Below, piece by piece: positions 57,104 to 64,000 of a stretch of DNA of 64,000 nt. Made by a program: the position numbers and the translations under genes. The stretch spans positions 124,558,001 through 124,622,000 of the forward strand of contig OX597820.1 in the NCBI GenBank assembly GCA_951406725.2. The letters are read 5' to 3'. Source of the stretch: Octopus vulgaris. Taxonomy: Eukaryota. The notes under the pieces were generated by a model. The model did not search any database, had not been told where the DNA came from, and was given only the letters and a program-made list of their open reading frames with translations. Numbering within the stretch: position 1 is the stretch's first letter; each line of letters begins with the position of its first letter.

Positions 57104-57400
57104 CACACACGCAAAGATGGTATGCGCGAATGACGAAACCACTTTGACCATGTATATTAGTTCCATATGCGTTTTCCCCTCCCTGTTAATGTAACCTTGA
57201 TCATTTTCGTTGGCTTTTCTTTCCATGGATAAACCTAATCTGTTTTCTACATTCTTATTCGTTTCTGTGATACACGACACCGTTTGATCGGAATTTTTTA
57301 CTCTTTGTTTTATATTCTCATCTTTTTTTCTTTCTAAACGAAAAGCTCTACCTTGTATTTGTCCCCTCCGTGTTCGGCTCTGAGTGGCTAATAAAGAAAG
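56280..57400 (+). mobile_element. Tx1/L1-group LINE 3' fragment with a duplicated 3' end (tails at about 57050 and 57400) next to (TC)n
   Basis: STKSFYRAFV...KSLAWQ.YR.PLSVRNKLYR...TCRDA(frameshift)DETVLHALMQC. Homologous to 52118-52500. Both tails end gtatttgtcccctc-gtgttcggct...tggctaataaagaaagat. Confidence 0.8.
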
Positions 57401-57467
57401 ATCGATCTCCGTCTGACTATTTGTCTGTCTGTCTGTATCTCTCTCTCTCTCTCTCTCTCTCTCCCTC

Positions 57468-57770
<303 letters not shown>

Positions 57771-58411
57771 ATAAATCCACAAACACATATACATTTCAGA
57801 AGTTAGTAGAAGTCCCTGTCTGCGAAGCTACATATCTTAATTCAACTAATCTGAATGAGAACTTTCAAAAACTGATTTAATAAAGAAAATGGAAGTTAAA
57901 ACTTCAGCCTCTCTCAAGAATGTATACGTTAACATACAGCGGAATTTAAATAGCTATTACATTACTAACATATGTATAATACTTCTGTACTTGGATGTTG
58001 CTTGTCATATCTCTGCACGCCGAAATACGATCTGTTTCATTAGAAGATACCCTGGGAAAACAAAGAATAGTAACTATCTACTGGCTTAAATTGCACGAAG
58101 ACGCTGTTATTTGGAGACAGCGAGTCAGAATGAGATGGTAACATGAAAGGAAATAAGCATAAATGGTTTCTGGCTCTGCGTTTCGCTTTTTTTTCCTTTC
58201 TCTAGGGCAACATCCATCTCTTAAGGAATGACATTTGAGGAATATATCTGTCTTCGGGAATAAAATGTTTTGCACAAAGATATACTCGCACACATATTGC
58301 ATTCACAGACACACACTTACACTCACACAAACACACATGCACACACCCATACACACAACCTCACACACAGATATATGTCTGTATAATATATATATACATG
58401 CCAGATAAATA

Positions 58412-58461
<50 letters not shown>

Positions 58462-58466
58462 CACAC

Positions 58467-58499
<33 letters not shown>

Positions 58500-58551
58500 T
58501 AGAGAGAAAGAGAGAGAGATACGTATATGTATGCGTGTATAAAAATATACG

Positions 58552-58588
<37 letters not shown>

Positions 58589-58633
58589 TTATGTATATAT
58601 ATAGAGAGATATCAAAGACATTACATAACTCTT

Positions 58634-58725
58634 CTCTGACGTAGTTTTCATCATAGTGGTTATTAGAAACAACAATGCATTGGATGTTTCAATTGGAATT
58701 GGAACCACCACGGTTCATCAGGGTC
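58634..58725 (-). ncRNA. Degenerate hammerhead ribozyme with extended stem II
   Basis: Minus strand: CTGATGA-ACCGTGGTGGTT...AACCACTATGAT-GAAAA-CTAC-GTC. Stem II pairs at 11 of 12 positions including GU. Stem I is decayed. Confidence 0.5.
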
Positions 58726-59130
58726 TCTTTATTGCATTACGTTACAGACAACTAATCAACATTGAGTGCGTGCACGCACAGATACAAACACAGACACACA
58801 CACACACACAAGCACGCTCACACACACAGAGAAATGCATTCACACACACGAACACACACACACACACGTATATCAGTCTGTGTGTCTGTATTCATGTGCA
58901 TATATTCGAATATGGCTAAGGCACTTATTTTGCACTCTTTTTGCCCCACTTTGACGAAACAAAATTACAGGGACGTAAACAGCCAACACCGGTTTTCAAG
59001 TGGTGTTGGTTTGACAATCGGAAATACATGCATACGCACGCAAACACACACACACACACACACATATTTATGTGTGTTTGTATTATATATGTATATTTAT
59101 AATGTATATGCATATATATATATATATACG

Positions 59131-59251
<121 letters not shown>

Positions 59252-59499
59252 TATAGGATAAAAGTTTTCGAAAGAATATTCTATCAATGGCCACCATATT
59301 AAAAATACCTTTAAAGGTTAAATTTATAAACAACATATAAACAAAGGCAAAAGAAAAAATCTAATGTCACATATGCCGAAAATAGAAAAAATCGTCAATA
59401 ACCATATGATACATCATTATAAGCACGCGTCACAATGTAAGCCGACAGAAATTTCTAAAAAAATTATAAGTTATATATATATATATAAATATATATAGT

Positions 59500-59650
59500 G
59501 ATTATTTACAAAAAACGAAGACGTGTGTGTAAACAACAAACAGATGTATTAGTTTAACGCTGGGAAAGTGATAAAATCTTTTACGTGTCGAGCATACGCT
59601 CTTCTACAGAAAAGGACACAGAAATAAAAAAGGGAGAGAAATTAGAAAAT
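59500..59650 (-). mobile_element. Small element with a degenerate hammerhead motif, related to the 27285-27495 element
   Basis: Minus strand TTT-CTGTAGA-AGAGC(GTAT)GCTC-GACAC-GTA-AAA at about 59578-59612. Similar downstream pyrimidine/TG-rich tail ending in (TA)n. Confidence 0.45.
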
Positions 59651-59714
59651 ACATATATATATGCACACACATTCATTTGTATATCTGGGTTTGAGATTTC
59701 TGAAAATCTCTCTG

Positions 59715-59763
<49 letters not shown>

Positions 59764-60010
59764 GTATATATATATATATGTTATTAAACTTTTAATACGT
59801 TTGATATTTAAAAAAAATTAATTAATTAATAAAATAATATATAAATATAAAAATATACATACATACATATATATATATATTTGTATATATATATAAAATT
59901 TATAAGTTTAAATTATTTAAATAATTTTTCATTTTTAACTTTTAAATTTATTTTATGTATTGGCTTATATTTTTCACTGTTTGATTTGCCTAATAGTGGT
60001 TTTATCTCTA

Positions 60011-60067
<57 letters not shown>

Positions 60068-60819
60068 TTTATTTATTTATATATATATATATATTTATTT
60101 ATTTATATATACGTATATATTATATACATACATCTTAGTGGAAGTAAAATTTGTGTACTTAAGAAACGCCAAATAATTTTACTAGGTTCACTAATGACTG
60201 TCTCGTAGAATTTCTGTATATAGATATATTAACATGCACGCACTATTCACTAGTCGGCTGCTTACATAAATTATATTTTCAGTTGCATGCTGTCATGAAC
60301 CAATGCTCCGACTGCAACTTTTTAAATGCAACAGGATCCGATGCTTGTAATGCATGCATAATTCTGCACTTAACAGCCTCGCTCTTAATATCCTTTCCTT
60401 TTCTCTCGTTTTCTTCCTTTTATCTCTTCTTTGCTATATTGATAGTAAGTCTTTCAATCAGGTTTCCGATCAATCTTATTTCTATGTATTGATCGCTATT
60501 CTTTTCCGTCAAAGAATGAGAAAAGGAATAAAAAAAAGAACTAAACGAAAGGAAAATATTTATCTCTGACACTAGTAACATTATATCATAAACAAGGTAA
60601 CGCGTACAGACATGAATACGCACACGCATACTTACACACATACGCAACGTTCCCGCGCGAGCTACACACACATTTATAAAGAGACAGTCACAATTAGAGA
60701 CATATTGACATAAGAAATTATATCTAACTCTCTACCCCCTCCGATTTTGTCTATATATATATATGTATACATATATATATATGTATATACATACATATAT
60801 ATATAGATAGATATATATG

Positions 60820-60869
<50 letters not shown>

Positions 60870-60880
60870 CATATATATAC

Positions 60881-60911
<31 letters not shown>

Positions 60912-61317
60912 TATATATACATATATATATATGTATATATATATATTTGTATCTAGGTGAGTATGCATAATATATATATATTTCTGTATTTGTGTATGCG
61001 TATATATGTATATATATATAAATGTGTGCATATATGTCGTTGCTATTATGCAAAAGTGTCGTAAATCCGGATAGTTGCTCTCTCAGAGAACGAAAAAATA
61101 CTTCCGTCATTTCATAGCAAAACCGTTGTACTACACTTTGACAAGTTTTAATTGCTTTGCATCTGAAGTAGCTGGAGAAACGACAGTTTAACCAAAAGAA
61201 TCGGCTATTGCAAGCAAAAATAAATATTGAAAAAGAAAACGCATTTGTCCAAATTTACACATACGACAGTTTAACATAATAGCAATGAATTATGTATACA
61301 TGTATATGTGGATGGAT

Positions 61318-61966
61318 GAATTTAATTGGGGTAAGGCGAATTTGAAGTCTTATAGCTGTTTCTAGGATAAATCAAGTGGTTGGTTAGCATGTCTGTGCAC
61401 TGGGTATTCCGGCATCAGAGACAAGGTATGAAAATTTTAGACGGAGAAAGTTTACTGTTTACAAGGAATAAAATAGTTTATAAGGAATGTGATACAATAA
61501 AATAATAAAATAGCAGAATAAAGAGTAAAAATAGTTAGAATAATATAGGCCGGAGTCTAATGTTCACAACATATCCTTTTCCAGAGGATGTGGATATTGG
61601 TCGGTAATTCCATGAAAGCACAGGTTCTTAACTAAAACACCAGGTAAAATTAGCATGCACCTTCATGTAAGTACCGACCAACATCCATATCCCCTGGAAA
61701 AAGATGAGTTGTGAACATTATTCTTCTGCCTGTATGCTTCTAACTTCTTTTGCTCATTATTCTTCTATTTTACTACTTTATTCTTTTAATTTATTCCTTA
61801 AAAACTGTGAATTTTATTCTTTGTAAACTGTAATTTTTTCCCGCCAAATATATTCATACATTGCCTCTGATGATCGAATACCCACTGCACGGACATGCTA
61901 ACCAACCACTTGGATTATCGTAGAAACAGTTGTAGGACTTCAAATTCACATTACCCGAATTGAATT
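61318..61966. mobile_element. Older fold-back element (about 300-bp diverged arms) with hammerhead remnants in both arms
   Basis: Arms at about 61318-61617 and 61661-61966 (e.g. aagtggttggttagcatgtc / gacatgctaaccaaccactt). The right arm has CTGATGA (61867) ... GAAAC-AGTT-GTA (61923-61934). The left-arm mirror reads CTGATGC...GAAAC-AGCT-ATA. Confidence 0.7.
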
Positions 61967-62029
61967 ATTCTAAAAGACTTGAGACGCCCCTTTCTGCCTT
62001 GGTTTTGATTCTTCCTCTAATAGAAAATG

Positions 62030-62081
<52 letters not shown>

Positions 62082-62264
62082 TAATAATATATATAACGTG
62101 AAGTGTATTTGCTAAATTATTATGACGGTCCCATACAGGACGATGTTACTGTGGTTTTTAGCTCCAGGAGAACATCTCCTCCAGCTGGTTAACGACACAC
62201 TGACTGTGTCTGATTAGTATTTGCGAAGGGAGATCATCGTTCCCATCTCTAGCCTTATGTGATA

Positions 62265-62308
62265 CACACAAACCCAGGTTTCTGAGTAGTGATCCGTCAT
62301 CAGTGTGC
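62265..62308 (-). ncRNA. Hammerhead ribozyme motif (weak stem II)
   Basis: Minus strand: GCACA-CTGATGA-CGGATCACTACTCA-GAAAC-CTGG-GTT-TGTGT. Stem I GCACA/TGTGT pairs. Confidence 0.5.
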
Positions 62309-62624
62309 AATAATTACCAGTAAGCAATGAGAACTCATTCCACACGCAAAATACTACATGCTATAACATAAACGTTATATTATGTTATAGTCATAGTATA
62401 TTGTTATATTATAATATAAATAAAATATTGGATTGTCATTTGTAGCTCCCTATTTAAATTTTTGTTTGAAATTTGCATTATACCCATATTTATGTTGTAT
62501 TCAACCGATGTACCAGTGAATTGGATGCTTTACAAACCCCTTTGAAGGAAATGCATTCATCCAACACCAGCAGTCTCATTAGCGATTCCTCTGAACTGAC
62601 TCGGTGTGTTTAGAACTCTCTCTT

Positions 62625-63031
62625 TACTCTTTACACTTTTACTTGTTTTGGTCATTTGACTGCGGCTATGCTGGAGCACCGCCTTTAGTCGAGCAAATCG
62701 ACACCGGAACTTATTCTTTGTAAGCCCAGTACTTATTCTATCGGTCGTCTCTTTTGCCGAACCGCTAAGTGACGGGGACGTAAACACATCAGCATCGGTT
62801 GTCAAGCAATGCTAGGGGGACAAACAAAGACACACAGACACACACATATATGTATATATACATATATACGACAGGCTTCTTTCAGTTTCCGTCTACCAAA
62901 TCCACTCGCAAGGCATTGGTCGGCCCTGGGCTATAGCAGAAGACACTTGCCCAAGATGCTACGCAGTGGAACTGAACCCGAACCATGTAGTTGGTTAACA
63001 AGCTACTTACCACACAGCCACTCCTGCGCCT
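62625..63031 (-). mobile_element. SINE family B, full-length
   Basis: Complete head aggcgcaggagtggctgtgtggtaag through to the (actctttt)n tail. Confidence 0.85.
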
Positions 63032-64000
63032 ATTTGTCAACTGCGAGAATATTTCCCCCTGTCAATATATAGTGAATGGCATTTACACCGCTTCGAATTT
63101 GCCTGAATCATATTTAAACTGGTCATAAGTTCCTAGTAATTTTCGTCATTACTCAGAGATTCTACTCAGTATTTTATTTAACAGGCAAGCTGCATATAGC
63201 GCGGCAAGACACTGCACCATGACGGAACCATCGTTTTCCCCCACTCTCTTTTATCAGTTCGTAAAATTTCCTTTTCCGTTATTGGTTGCTGAAGGTGAGA
63301 TAACCACTTCGAAATACAGACATTCACCAGTTTGATTAGAAAGCACTTCGAACTGACTCGGTTTAGTGTATTTACATCTATTTCTCTACTGCGAGAAATT
63401 ACAGATTTACAGTGAATGGCTTTCTAACGGGTCGAATATGCCTCAATCATATTCGAAGTGTTTTAAAATATCGTACATATATATGCTAATATTTTGGTGA
63501 AATCATAATAGAACGGGCTCCACCATAAAGGCATAATCATGCGCTGAATATTTTCTTCGTGAGTTTTAACATTTTAGACACCATGTTTATCTCTTTTGAT
63601 TACTATAGTTCAGATTTTGTTACATGTATAGAGGAAACTATGATATAGGAAGTACGATGCTTGTGCTGCGTCTTGCTTTTGGAAGCCACATTTTGCTGAG
63701 CACGCGCTCTTACAGTAGTTGATATAGGTGAATTGTTAACATGCAGAAAATGTATATCTTATTTAACGAGTTTCAGGATGAATTCGCTGGCATGTCATTT
63801 TTTAATATTAACTCTGAAATATGATGGATGTTTCAAATGCAAAACGGCATAACAATAAAATGTTGGCCAAAAGTATTATCAACGTAACACAAGTAAAATG
63901 AACACCATTAATTCTAACTCTTCTACGACGACTCTATGAATTCAGGCTTTCCTAGTTGAAATGGAAGACATGTTTATAAATTTAATATCACAAATATAAC

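Noticed and set aside
60283-60400. Candidate GABBR2 exon 2 after the acceptor-like ttttcag (LHAVMNQCSDCNF...)
   Set aside because: Phase-0 translation does not start with the expected Cys and lacks GABA-B motifs.

Overview
AT-rich eukaryotic DNA saturated with microsatellites and retroposons. The SINE and LINE complement resembles a cephalopod such as Octopus, which is an inference from repeat style, not proven. The only confidently identifiable host gene piece is coding exon 1 of a GABA-B receptor subunit 2 (GABBR2-like; 34218/34296-34541, + strand), followed by more than 29 kb of first intron with no recognisable exon 2. The rest consists of three tRNA-derived SINE families, LINE fragments (CR1-like, RTE, Tx1/L1, R4/Dong), mariner and hAT-type MITEs, and very long (AAT)/(GAT), (TA), (CA) and (ATCT) arrays. 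Almost all long ORFs in the track are microsatellite artefacts. Three signals are not obvious from the ORF track. (1) At least 8 sequence-unrelated small non-coding elements carry hammerhead ribozyme cores (CUGAnGA...GAAA...NUH); several are fold-back palindromes with a ribozyme on each strand, embedded in (TA)n, and resemble Penelope-like pLTR derivatives, including a family with a U4C core variant. (2) A SINE whose 3' tail matches the Tx1-type LINE 3' ends in this window repeatedly inserts at a GGTATT site, often inside related SINEs. (3) There is a probable decayed multi-exon minus-strand gene at about 0.85-5.6 kb with an FN3-like exon.
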